The translations under genes and the position numbers were made by a program. DNA of 52,804 bases, counting the filler, from Bipalium vagum (lineage: Eukaryota): the NCBI GenBank assembly GCA_037834085.1. It is 3 parts of 3 records of this genome, joined end to end, with 100 filler letters (N's around TTAATTAATTAA, not from the genome) between each part and the next. Parts side by side here need not be neighbours in the genome. Positions count along the whole stretch, not along the records: positions 1 to 16,415 come from JBBMKC010112335.1; 2 more parts are not named here. One strand, given 5' to 3'. Positions 1 through 12,600 of the stretch are shown here, piece after piece. Position 1 is the first letter of the stretch. The number at the start of each line of letters is the position of its first letter. The notes under the pieces are model-generated. The model worked only from the letters and a program-made list of their open reading frames with translations, did not search any database and was not told where the DNA came from.

Positions 1-73
<73 letters not shown>
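1..73. repeat. (TAT)n microsatellite at the start of the window
   Basis: About 24 perfect TAT units. Confidence 0.95.
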
Positions 74-950
74 TAGATAACGAGATACATGAGAATTATT
101 TCTCGGTCTTCTGCCGTTCCGTATTTCAGATATTTGCTTGCTAATATTTATAAATAAAATAAATTCTGTCATCATCTGTTTAAATCTCTCGCGTAACTTG
201 TAGATTTCCCTATGATTGTAGCTTCAGTCAGTGTTGAGGTCCGTAACACAATACCCATCAAATTAATATACTAAATTAAAATTATTTCTTTCATTAATTT
301 CATTATCTCACCATTATCCTAATTGTCATAATTGCAATCTATCTAATGAAAACATCAAAAATAAAATGTGGATTTGTCATGTCATTATTGTTTTAAAATG
401 GAACTGAAAAATCACTATGGAAAATAATTTCATCAAAATTAACGGAAATTATTAAAACAAAAACAAAAAACTGAAATCAAATGTTTCGTTGTGAAGTAGA
501 ATTAAATTTTTATCTTGTACGCTTCGACATTAAGTATGTCTACAGTAAGAAAATTAAAAAGGATGGTTTGGTGAACACTAATCTAATTTTTCGAATATAA
601 ATATAAATAAATAATATTTGAGACTATTAAGAATGAATACTTCACTGAATTGGTCTTATAAAAAAGTATTGTATTTTGACTTTAATATGATTTGTTTAAA
701 AATAATAATATTATTATTAAAACAAAATTGAAAGGTTTCTACTGATTTCATTTTGGAAAATTATAATCTCATTAAACTCCAAAATGCCTATGATTATTTT
801 CCTGGATTTTATAAAATTTTTAACTGGATAATATCTTCTGATTTGTTAATATTAATTTTATTTTGTAATTGTTTTAAATTTTAACAAAGTTTTCAAAGAA
901 AACTAGAGATGGAAAAGAATTGAAAAAATAAATACAATTGGAAAAAAATA

Positions 951-1511
951 AAGGGTATCTCAAAAAATGTATACACACTTTAAATATAAATCTTTAAGTA
1001 ATTATGTCATTATTACTTGTTTTATAGTTTGTTTAAATACTCCAATAACTAGTAAGAAGTTACCGCTATTTTAAACCTATAAAGTTATTCTTAAAGGTTG
1101 AATCATGAAAGATAGGTTGAACTTTGAGCAGCGAAAATTTATTCTCAAAAATTACTTCAAGTTTGAAAACATAAAAGAGGTACAGACCTGTTCAAGAAAG
1201 AATTTCAGTTAGATCCTCCGAGACTGAAAATCAGTCGAGTAAAGGATAAATTCGAAAAAGATGAAACTATTAATAATGTCAACAAGAAATTTTCATGGAA
1301 ACGGAGAATTCGACAAGTCCTACGAAGAAAGAAAGAATACTGGGATGTTTTAATCGAAATCCACAAACATCTGTGAGACAAGTAAGTCTTGAGTTAAGAA
1401 TCTCAAAAGATACTGTTCACTGAACTTTGAAGAGCTACCAAATGAAATGCTACATACCAAGGTTAGTTCACACTAATATTTTAAGTATGTATACATTTTT
1501 GAGACATGCTG
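951..1511 (+). mobile_element. Internally deleted Tc1/mariner element (N-terminal HTH fragment only), copy 1
   Basis: TA at both flanks. ~30-bp TIRs (aagggtatctcaaaaaatgtatacac ... gtatgtatacatttttgagacatgctg). Frameshifted reading from ATG 1105: MKDRLNFEQRKFILKNYFKFENIKEVQ...RNPQTSVRQVSLELRISKDTVH. No DDE domain. An inverted homolog lies at 47974-48542. Confidence 0.85.
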
Positions 1512-2200
1512 TAAATCATAAACCTTTTAAAAATGATCCGTCTTTGAGAAACATTTTTGTCATTTTTAAAATCAGATAAAAAATAAAATCATTTTATTTG
1601 TTAAAAAAATAGCGTCATCAGTAATATCAATATGAGATCCATTTAATCACATGTTTATGATGACGTGATCAAAAATGATTCTGAGCATCGATCAAGTTTG
1701 CGAAACGCTGCTCCACAGATTTTACTTTTCTAAGCGTTCTATTTGCAACTGTTTCATTATTTCCAAGTAGAATTTCTTCATCGTTCAACCTATTAATAAC
1801 AACGACAATATTTTACTATAATTTCGTTAGGTAATGCAAAATCAAAATATTAATGGAAAATAATAATTTTAACTTGAGATTAGAAAAAAAACCTTTTAAG
1901 AAATAAATTAAAATAAATAATTAGTGAAAGAGTATTGATTTATCAGTAAAAGTTTCCATCGTACAACTATCAAGACAATAAATAATGAAATAATAATATT
2001 AATATATATATTATCAAAATTTTTAATTTTCAAAAAATATTTAATTATTATTGATTATATCATGTTCCATTATATTTTGCTGAATTTCCTAAAGAAAATA
2101 TTACGAATATATAAAATATATTCTGTCAAAAATATCATAAAAACATGGATTACATTAGGAATAAAAGTAAAGTTGTTTTTATTCGTTTTTTTTCTGTAAG

Positions 2201-2750
2201 ATGCTGATTAGTGGGGAGAATTGCAAAATAGATTTTGGTCTTGTGGAGAAATGTTTTCTTTTGAGTCGTATAATTGATTTTTCTTTGCATTATGCAACTG
2301 CTTCAGGTAGTTTTAATTTACATTTATTTTGATAAAAACAATTTAAATTATATTTTTCATTAATAAAAATTACAGTGATTTTTTTCATTTTCCTGCTTAA
2401 TATGAACTTTTCCTGTTCATTTTTTTTTGGAAATGTCGTTGCAGTATTTCTTCATATTTTTATGAATAAATATTTTTTCCATTAATATCTTATTTATTTT
2501 CATTTAGCAGTGTTTTTTTGAAAAGTTTATTAAATAAATATTAAAAATAATAAATATAAATATTATATTATAAATAAATAAACACTTTTACAAACGTTCG
2601 TCATTGTTTACAGATCAAATTGAAGAGTACATCGACTGTTCTTCTATTAATACGGATAATTGCCACAGTTGTTCCGGAGGAAATCTCAAATCCTCGTGCA
2701 GCCACTCAATCAGGCAAACCACGGACTCCTTTGCCTCACGAATCGCTTAA
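2201..2750 (+). CDS. Possible small two-exon orphan ORF (~80 aa)
   Basis: 2201-2306 (cag|gtagtt) splices in frame (phase 1) to 2614-2750 (tttacag|), giving MLISGENCKIDFG...DQIEEYIDCSS...SRIA*. No homology recognised. Confidence 0.2.
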
Positions 2751-3659
2751 GTCAGATACCTCTCACTCAATCGCAACTCTTAGGCTTCGGGCGAAAGACT
2801 AAACAGAAATATTAGATATAAAATTTACTGAAATTATCTGTTAATGATGAAAGTCTGATTATTTTCCGAAAACTCAAGTTCGATGTTTGCCATATACTAG
2901 TGCTTATTTATATTTTTTTATCTTTTTTCTCCAATTCCTTTTCTCTCTATCTATATGAAATTTTAATTAGGATTAAAGACAAATTATCTTATAAAAATTT
3001 CAATCCTCGACTTGTAGTCATGATATTAAATGTCAGTAAAATCTTCGAAAAGCATTCTTATACTGAACCCGATTTTGAAAGAGAAACAATGGCAATACAA
3101 TGCTCAATATCCAAGGTTTCATGATGATTTGAATGGGATACATATTGCTCATGTTATTTATTAACTTTCATTATTATTATGGCTATCTTCTTTGGTCCCG
3201 TCAAGTAGAATATATATGTATACAATACGATTTTTATGAAGAGAAACTATTTCATTATCATCAGTAAACGTATTTTGAGAGACACCGGAAACATCGACAG
3301 AAATGCTTTAAACAAAGTATGAAAACATTTGGACATGTCATTCTATTTTCTAAAGCAGCCATAAAATAAAATGATACAAGAAAAGATTATCCAAATTGAA
3401 GAAATAATTTGTTTATTTGTACATGCTTTAATTATAATGAGCTCTTTTGTAGAATAAATGTTTCTTCTCAATAACAATTGTTGTGTATCGAACTGAAATT
3501 CATATTAAGACAAAACCCTAAAAAGAGAAAATAATAATAGTAATAATAACTATCTCAATAATAATAATATTATTATTAAGTAAATAACAGATTTATTCAT
3601 GAAAATCTTTTGCTTAAATTTACTTCTAATTTGGCAAAGTTGAGTTGTCAAAGCCACAG

Positions 3660-3985
3660 CCTTTCAGTATTTTGTAATTAACTTAATAATAACTTAACGA
3701 CATAATTTTTGCTTTTCTGACATATTGTGTGGAGCCCATTTGTCGAGTTTCTTTGACTTTCCTATTTCTCTTAGATAGTTGGAAACAGTCATAGCTGAAA
3801 CACCTAGCACACAGCCAGACTCTCGAACAGTTGCACGTGAATCATCCTCAACCAGTATCTTTAAATCGTCATTGGAAATGGAGGATTTTCATCCACGGCC
3901 ATCTTTATTTTGAATATGTTCATCTCCTTCCTTAAATCTCTGAAACCTGCGTTGAGTGCCAAGTTCACTAGTGGTATTGCTCCTA
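3660..3985 (-). mobile_element. Mariner transposase remnant (N-terminal HTH)
   Basis: Minus strand reads QRRFQRFKEGDEHIQNKDGRG*KSSISNDDLKILVEDDSRATVRE...KLDKWAPHNMSEKQK, containing the mariner WVPHEL-type motif. Confidence 0.8.
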
Positions 3986-4024
3986 ACCAAAAAATCAAAA
4001 ATCTAGCAAAACAAGTTCTGATTT

Positions 4025-4420
4025 TGTTTTTCTCAGATGAAAAGGACTTCGACCAAGATCAGAAGGTTAACGGAAGAAATAATCAATAGTTATCTAACAA
4101 AACCTTCTGAAGTACCAATAATTATGCAAAATAAATTTCCAGCATCCGTCATGGCTTTAGGGGTAAAGAACAGTGAAATATATATGATGCCCCTTAACTT
4201 CTTACATGAACTTTAATTGAATTCTGCTGTCTACATTGAGGTCCTGTAAACAGTTTTAAATCACTGGATTGACTCGGTACGAAATGGAAGGCTTCATGTT
4301 TTCCATCAAGATTTTGCTCCATCACAAAAAGTTCGATTAACTCAAGAATGAATGTCTGAAACTTTCCATGAATACCTCACTCCTGATTTTTTGCCTCCCA
4401 ACCCACCAGGACTAATTTCA
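4025..4420 (+). mobile_element. Tc1/mariner (maT/DD37D-like) catalytic-domain remnant
   Basis: FSDEKDFDQDQKVNGRNN...KFPASVMALG...YIEVL*TVLNHWI...VFHQDFAPS...LPPNPPGL (degenerate WPPNSPDL), interrupted by stops. Confidence 0.75.
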
Positions 4421-5449
4421 GCTTTCTTTACATAGATCGCAAGATGAGCTCATTGTTGTTTCAGACATCTTTGAACAAGTAATAAAGATGATGCATATGG
4501 CAAATTTTTATGGATTTTACTTGATGTAACATGTTTTTTTGATTTCAACTTTTTTTGCTCTTTATCTGTAAACAATTTTTTACCACTAATACCTTACAAG
4601 TTTCTCTTGTTCTGTTTATTGTCTTTCTTCGCGACAATTGAAACATCTTAGAAAACTGAGTAACAATATATCCATCTTTTAATTTTTTTGAAATTAAATA
4701 TAGAATTTCTACATACAAATTCTACTTTTCAATTTCTTAGGTTTAAAAATATTATCAATGACTTCAAATAGTTATAAAAGACAGAAATTACTTATAATTT
4801 TTTCAACAAATTTTACTAGAACTAATTAGTTAAAAATTTGTTATCTACTTGTATGGTTGAAGTTTTTGAGCCAATACCCATAATATTATTTTTGTTTAAA
4901 AGCTTCTGTTTACAAAAGCTCACACTTTTGAATATTTTTTTTCTTATTTTTAGATTCATGGGTTTTGAAATATTTCTATTAAATAAAAATTATACACATT
5001 TTTTTCATTGATGAGTATCGATTTAATTTTGAGAAATTCTGGAATCATATAGAAGAACTAATTAATTTTTAAATGTTATAAATAAGACTATTTGACTTTC
5101 TTAATTAAGAACTGTTATTTTAAAAATAATAATTTTAGAAAATTGAATAAATTCTTGTTATATTTTAATTTTTTATAAAATTTAAACAAATTTCATTTTT
5201 GGACTATTTAAACGAAAAAAAATCCACTTATATAATTAAAAAAACATAACTTAAATAACAATGATACAAAATATTAAAACCATGTTCATTATATTTTTAT
5301 AAAATAGAGATGCAATAATACTAGAGGTATTATATATCATTTTTATATGCAAAATATAGTGTTAAAAAATATTGAGGTACCATATTTAAAGTAAAAAACT
5401 TTATTAATGAAAATAAAAACATTCAATTCAATACATTTTTGACCAACAA

Positions 5450-6179
5450 AAAAGTTTATTTATCCCAATAACACAAAAATCCAAGAGTTCTGGAAGAGAT
5501 GAAATCATGACAACATATTTTGTGATAAAATCCTTCAAGAATAATAATAATCCAATTGCAAATTGCATTGAAAAGGAAGTGAATGATATCGCGGAAAGCA
5601 TAAAAATGTCAGTATATTAGATTGCATATACTTTTCTGCAATTGCATGGGATTCAATTAAGACATTATTAATCATAAATTGTTTTGAAAAAGCTTTTTCA
5701 TCTGTAAAAGAAATTGACAGTGAAATGGACTTAAAAGAACTTACGGATGAAATATTCGAAAATGAATATGAACGGATTCAAGAGGATATATTGGTAGAGT
5801 CTTGCTCAGATAGCGAGACTGATGATAAAATACCCGATATTAATGACGTTTTAATATTTTTTACCAGATGGGTGAATTCACGAAGAATTACTTGCTCAAA
5901 AATATAAAGCTCTTTTATGATTTTAAAAGTAAGTTCATAATGGATATACGAAAAGAATATGGATTAAAAACTAAAATTACGGATTATTTAATTTAAAAAC
6001 GTTGAAATATATTATTATTTATTGAACTTATTGTTGTTTTTTAATTTCTATTATTACATATATATCACTTCATATAAAACATTTTTATAGCCTTTTTATG
6101 TCTTAACTTCTAATATTGGAACAACTTCTATTTTTGGACCACTTTTGAAATTTTGTTGTCTAAAATAGAAGTTGCACTG
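5450..6179 (+). mobile_element. pogo/Tigger (CENP-B-like) transposon, 3' remnant with right TIR
   Basis: From 5602: NVSILDCIYFSAIAWDSIKTLLIINCFEKAF (Tigger LDA..AW....TI.NCF.KA motif), in frame with the acidic tail (ORF 5725-5907). Ends ...aaaatagaagttgcactg|TA with an internal inverted copy at ~6121-6140. Confidence 0.7.
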
Positions 6180-6567
6180 TATACATTATAAAATCTAGAT
6201 TGTGAGCTCAATCTTGAAATGGCTTACCTAACCATATGGTGTTTGAATAGTTTACTGGTATATTAGAATAGTGGTGGACTTAATATATTAAAATTTTAGT
6301 AAATTTACACTAGAAGCATACGAGGGTTGTCGCCATGAAGAGAGCAGGAAGCATTATTATCCAAGTAAATGATGACAGAGAGAAGATTGGGAAGTAAAGA
6401 GGAGAACATTTTCATTAGAATTACTAGTGGAAACATTGTCGTTGACCAATAATAAAGAGATATGGGTTTTAAAACCATGCCTGATGATAATGGAACGAGT
6501 CCTAATTTAAGTTTTTGGTTTAATGATGTCCATATTGTGTAAATATGTATTGTTAAGTTTGAGTGTA

Positions 6568-8135
6568 TGTGGGTATTTTATCCTAATCTGACTCTTAAGG
6601 TAGTGTACTAATCAAAAAAAAGGAAAAAATGATTTTCAATTTTTTCTTACACTTTTTACAAAATTTTAAAACTGAAATCAAAATGACACTGTATTTAATT
6701 CAAGAAGAGATCAATCTGCACTAGGAAATATGCAGATGTCTTGAAGTAAAATATCGGTTTAACTAGTTTATCAGACCGTAATTATCGCAAACTAACACAA
6801 AAAGAAGAGAATAGAATTTAATTTATAAAGACAAACGAGTAGTAATATTCACGTTCTGTTTAATTAATTTAATTAATTTGAGTGAATATGATAAAATCAA
6901 TAATTTTGCATTATCCTTTTTTTCATATTTCTTTTTGATCTTCACTTAGTTTATTTCTCTCTTTTTCATCAATCTTGAGCAGCGCAGAATAGAACACATA
7001 CTCAACATTCACACACCGGTCCCTAATTATTTCGAACTCAATATATGTACAAAAAAATCCCACTGCTATATCACTTTTCGACCTCATGGATATGGCCGTG
7101 TAGATGAGCGAATCCCATTACTTAGTTCATTCATTGATGGTTACTTATTGACCCTTTATAGTTCTTAGGATTTTATAAACAAAGAGATAAATAAATAAAG
7201 GGTAAAATAAAGATAATTTTTACGTTCTGGGTCATATCTGTGAAGCTAGAAGCGATGGGTCCAGCGGCCGATCATAAAAGTCAATTCCTGAAGAAACTGG
7301 CGTCTCAAAATCTGCCGTTATTAATTTCTATGCAGAATTGAGGAAGAAATGTGAGATTTTTTCTTGAAAATCCAATAAAAATTAGAAGCTCCAAATTGAA
7401 GATTGTTATGTTCATCGAACTGTCAACCACCAGATGAATTTTGTTGATAGGAAGAATGGTGCTCACACGCAAAATGAATCGTGAAAATGAAAATTGTGAT
7501 CTCTTGAAATTATATCTAAATGAATGAATGTGGCGCTAAAATATTCAATCGAGAAACTGCAAATCAATTTTTTATTTAATAAATTTGTAAACAGAAAATT
7601 ATTTACTTTTGTTATTTTTTTATTTTTATCAAATTTATTTTTTGACTGGTCAATCGTTTCAAGTATGTTTTTTGATCGAGTCGGTCAAAAAATACATGAT
7701 CGCATTTTATTATTATTATTTTATTTATTCAATTATTTATTATCCTTATTTTTAGGTTTCAGTCTTTTCATAGTCGAGCGTGCCCATATTTGAGCGTCCT
7801 TACTCAAGTGGATATGCCTACGGGTTCTAATTTTTTTATAAATTTATTTTATTAGTTATTTAGCATTAAAATTATTTATTTAAAAAAATATTTATCATAA
7901 TTCATTAAAATGTTTTTAATAATAAAATGTTTTTCACGAAACAATAAAATATTCTGAGCCATACAAGATATAATAAAATGTTACAATACAATAAAATTTT
8001 ATAATCACATAAAATGTTCAATAAAATTAATAGAATATTCATAATAAAATTTGTAACTGGTTGTTGGTTGATACTGAACGATTAGGTGAAACTTCTATCT
8101 TCTTCTTTTCTTGTTTCCAACTGATGACTCCCACA
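6568..8135 (+). mobile_element. Solo-LTR-like element, family B, carrying a nested Merlin fragment
   Basis: TGTGGG...CCCACA termini. Both ends match 50480-51625 (ctgactc(t/c)taaggtagtgtactaatca; aactggttgttg...cttctatcttctt...gatga(c/t)tcccaca). Array of AATAAA at 7920-8048. No clean TSD. Confidence 0.55.
7017..7500 (+). mobile_element. Merlin (IS1595/ISXO2-like) transposase remnant
   Basis: From 7413: HRTVNHQMNFVDRKNGAHTQN, matching the Merlin H.TVNH..NFVDP.TG.HTQ.IE motif. Boundaries approximate. Confidence 0.7.
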
Positions 8136-8960
8136 GTTGATAGTCTTCATTTACTTGTATTTCATTTGTTTATCCTACCATATTCATCCATATTCATTAA
8201 GTTTTAATTAAATTTTTTCTTTTCTATTTTCGTTTTTTAAAATGGAGGCACATTTAACTAATTAGACACAGCTATTTTGCCTTATTTATAGCATGTTTAT
8301 TAAAGATATTTGGTTTTGAAAAAGAAATCGTCTTAACCAAGCAGATACCATGTCACTTAATCCTTCACAATTCGTAAAAATAATTTATATTTTAAAAATT
8401 TGCTAAAATTTATGTTCTAATTTTTAAAAATTACTTTAAAAAATAATGAAATATAAATTTGAGTGCTTTATTTCGATTATGAATAATGAGAACATTTTGA
8501 TTTACAACATTAACAATTATTATAATCAGTAGTTTTAAAAATAAATATGAAGAATACGTGTTAAAATAATTAAAATTTTCGTTGTTATTAGCTTCTTGAA
8601 ATGCGTTTCATTGTTATCTGTTTGTTTAAATAAGTCATTACACCTTGACAATTATTATTTACATTAAGTTTTATTGAATTATATTTTTATCAATTTAAGT
8701 AAATGATTTTTTCCCATGATTTTAAAGCACAATCCAACGAATGTTATAATTATAAACTAGTTAGTGAAAGTGATAAAGATTGTTTACGGAAGTTATTTAA
8801 TCGTTCAGATGAGATAACAAGTTTTCTATATACTAATTTGTTAAATTTTATTCTTCTTATAGACAAATTAAAATTACAAATAGAAGATTTTAACAGTGAA
8901 TTTGGTTTTCTTAATTTTCAATCTAATGGTATTTGATTAATTACTATAGATTTTTTACAG

Positions 8961-9194
8961 TAGATTTTTAGTAAAACATTTAACTAAATTATCGAAAGAT
9001 AATGCAGATATAACAAAAGCTATAATTACCAGTGGCGATATTCAAGCTCAAATTGAATTCCATCATTTGATATTTAAAAATACAATGGAAAATATTATCG
9101 TTAACCAAGAATATGTAGAAACTAATTTTCCAAACTTGATTTCTGAGGAGTTGGTTAAAGAATTATTCATTCCAGATACTTATAATTTATTCCG
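8961..9194 (+). CDS. HERC2: Probable upstream coding exon of HERC2 (true start, perhaps near 8703, not resolved)
   Basis: tttacag| open 234-nt exon |gtaaat, phase 2-2, which joins in frame to the exon starting at 9608. Similarity to the HERC2 N-terminus is weak. Confidence 0.4.
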
Positions 9195-9607
9195 GTAAAT
9201 TTAAAATTATTATCAAAGTGCAATTATAATTATTATCAATACTTTTATCAGAATTCATGGTTCTATTTTTTTATTATGCAACGCTTCTATAATAATATTA
9301 CTTAAAATGATTAAGAAAATTTCATGTAACATAATCTTAGAAAAATTTGATTTCAGCTTTGAAGGTGGTGATATTTTAGTGATATTCTTGCTTTAATGTA
9401 TCAGAACTATAATGATCATATTCAAAACAAAAATGTAAAGTTTTCGACTCCGATAGATAGTTCGAAAAAATCTGAGTCAACTTTAATTTAAAAAGAATAA
9501 AATTTTTAAAATTTTATTTTCCCACTGGAATATTAGGACACAAAGCCTAAGTTTCAATTTTTAAAATAAGTTTTGCGCAATTCTATATTTTGACTCCATC
9601 ATTTAAG

Positions 9608-12600
9608 AAACTATCAAGGAAAAGCTACCGGAGGACTGATTGGAAACGTTTTGGCCAAGTCAGGAGTGAAGATGGTTTTCATTTTTATGGAAAGACTGTG
9701 GCGTGTTGGCAATGAAATGGACGTGAAGAGTTGTGCAGACGTTATGCATAGTGCTATTGAAGAAATCCAAGAGATTCCTGTTGCCGGTTTCTTCAATTTG
9801 TCCGAGGACAATGAAACGCTGCCGTTCTGGAGCGGGGTTACTGAACAGACCTATCAATTTCTCAAGAACACCGTCATATGGTGAATTTTGCCGTTTTGTA
9901 TATTATAGTGTTAACATTCGTAAAGTTCGGAAAGGAACGATGTCGCTGCGCCAAAACCAATTCGGGATGCAGCACTAGTTTTGATGCTTGAAATGGGTTT
10001 GCTTTATGGAAGTCTCAGCATGCAGCTAAAGCACGTTGTTATGCTGATCGAGCTATCATCGGGAAGTCGAAACTATCCGAACTTGAGTATCAGCTCAAAC
10101 GGTGAAATACCCAAGCCAATGATTACTGGACGGATCTTGTCTGTGTTAGTTCGATTGGCTAAGTTTGTTAAAACGTTCTGGGATGAGCATACCAGCACCA
10201 TTGACAGATCCATTCACATGTCTACAAATCCCTGTATGAAGTTACTTAATTGGATGCAATTGTTTAACACAAAAGAAGATGATTCAATGGAAGCCGATAT
10301 CTGCTTGTTGTAAGTCAATACGATTTTTACACTTATCTTTATCTATATTAATACTAATGTTTTTCATAAATACTATAAATATTAGTATTTTTTATAAATA
10401 CTAATTCTTTATACATTTGTTATTAATATTTTTATATACCAAATAGTTTTTTATTTATACTAATACTAATATTTACCGTAAATTATCATATTTTAGACAA
10501 TTTCATTAAATCATTTATGTTTATTGGGAATACGGTTAACAAAATGATGAATTATTACTAAAATATTGCGCTTTGATTTAATATTTTAATTATGAACCAT
10601 CTTTTTAGTCATTAATAATCATAATGATAACTCTGGTAAATAGTAAAAATTTTAAAAACATTATTTTATCTTATTAAAGGTATATTTATAATTTTTAATT
10701 TATTACTTGAGTCGATTTAATTGTATTTTACGAAATTAATTTTAACAGAACTCATTTTGTTCACTCTTTACATATTTTGATTTTGATATTTTATTTATAA
10801 CATGCAATGCTAACACATTCCTTGATCGATTTTAGGGAAATACACCATTTAAAATTAATATATATTAAAATAATAATAATCGCAAGAAAATATACGCAAT
10901 GATTCAAGTGCGCTTAAGCGAATGTCTACCAGTTTTGCACATTTCAATTGTGGTAATAAATTTAAGTTAAAATATATGGGGATGAACAGACTTATTTTAT
11001 TATTAGTAACCATAAACTATTAACCTTGTTTCAATGATCTAACAATGACCCCATAGTTATGGTTCAATTTGTAGATAATTTTTTTAATTCATTTATTCCA
11101 GGAACTCTGCCGTTTTTATAATGAGTGGCTTAGACAGTTTGACAGCGGAAAGTCAATTGCAATATTCACAGTGGTACAAGGCTCATTTAATGAATAGTGT
11201 TGAGTCCAACCAAGCTGGAGAAAAACTTGAAAGTTGTCTAAATAGTCCTTTTTGTTCCAATGACAAATCAAGACATCAGTTGTTCTTCATAGTCCTCAAT
11301 AATTCTGTGAATTTCCATAAAAATAATTCTGATCTAGGGGAATTTAAGTGTCAAGTGATAGAAGTGCCCACTGAAAAATTACCTCGAGAACAAAGTGACA
11401 ATTTTCGTATTAAAAAAATCGCCTATTCCGGTGCCAACACTTATATCCTCAGTGAAAGCGGTTGGCTTTACGAAATCAATAACGCGTCGAAAGAAGTGAT
11501 TGAAAATTTCACTTTTAAACATAATTCCATCAATTATCAGTTCGATCACTTGAAAAATGAAAATTGCTGCAACTTGAATGTTAACAATAAAATAATTGAT
11601 ATTGATGCCAATGCGTTTAGCTCTCACGCTTTTGCTGTAACAGAAAATGGTCACGTTTACAGTTGGGGATCAAACACGTCTGGAAAGTTGGGTCACGGAG
11701 ACACGAAAGACCGAAAACGTCCGACAATAATTGAAACTTTTTATCGATCTCATGTTTTAGTGAAACAAGTTGCTTGTGGAGAAGAACATAATCTAATATT
11801 GACTCAGCATGGAGAAATTTATGGATGTGGTAGAAATCATATGGGTCAACTTGGTCTTGGTGATGTTAAAGACAGACATTTTCCCTCTCGAGTCGATAAC
11901 AATTTCTATGATTCCTACTATAAATTCATTCAAATAGCTGTCGATGGTCATCAGTCTATGGCTCTTAGTAGCGATGGTGTCATATTCACTTGGGGTAGCA
12001 CGTTTGACAATTGCCGTCGACATTCTACGAATTGGGTGCCGCAAATCGATAAGTGTGTTCAAGAATATCGAAATGAAATCGAACAGATCCAAGTCCATGA
12101 CAGTAAATATATGATTCTTATCAAGTCTGGCTCGGTTTATTCGTGGTTGAAATATTGTGTCGAATGTAACAAGGCCGATGACCTGCAAAGCGAATCCGAA
12201 ATGATTCTGAAATTCCAAATGGAGAATGTGTCTATGATTTCTAAAGACGATGGGGAATTTTATTTTCTTAATCGCAATGGAATTATCAGAACAAAGAAAA
12301 TGAATCAGCTTATTGAACAGAAATTTTCTGGATTCGGATTCATAAAACGAAATCACATTCTGGCCTGGTCACTTGTCAAAGAGAAGCCTCAACTTGTTCA
12401 GCCTTTCATTCTGGAAGTGTCGATAGAAAATCTCAAATTGTTATCATCGCTAATTAGTTCGATTATTGTCAATTTCGTAACGACTGCAGACCGAGAAAGT
12501 GCATCTGAAAAACTGGACGCCAGTAATTGGTTCCAAAATCTTTCAAGGATAAATCCAAACAATAAATTCGAACTGACAGAAGATCGGTTATGCATTTTAG

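Noticed and set aside
1655-1690. C/D-box snoRNA (ATGATGA...CTGA)
   Set aside because: The boxes span under 30 nt, too short, and there is no terminal stem.
9357-9480. In-frame TGA codons suggesting a variant genetic code or readthrough
   Set aside because: The region is probably intronic because 9194 splices in frame to 9608. TGA terminates ZIP11 and the kinase normally, and no conserved gene has an internal TGA.
9881-9908. 28-nt micro-intron in HERC2
   Set aside because: This acceptor leads to a stop at 9976-9978. The acceptor at 9925 (45-nt intron) restores the homologous frame.
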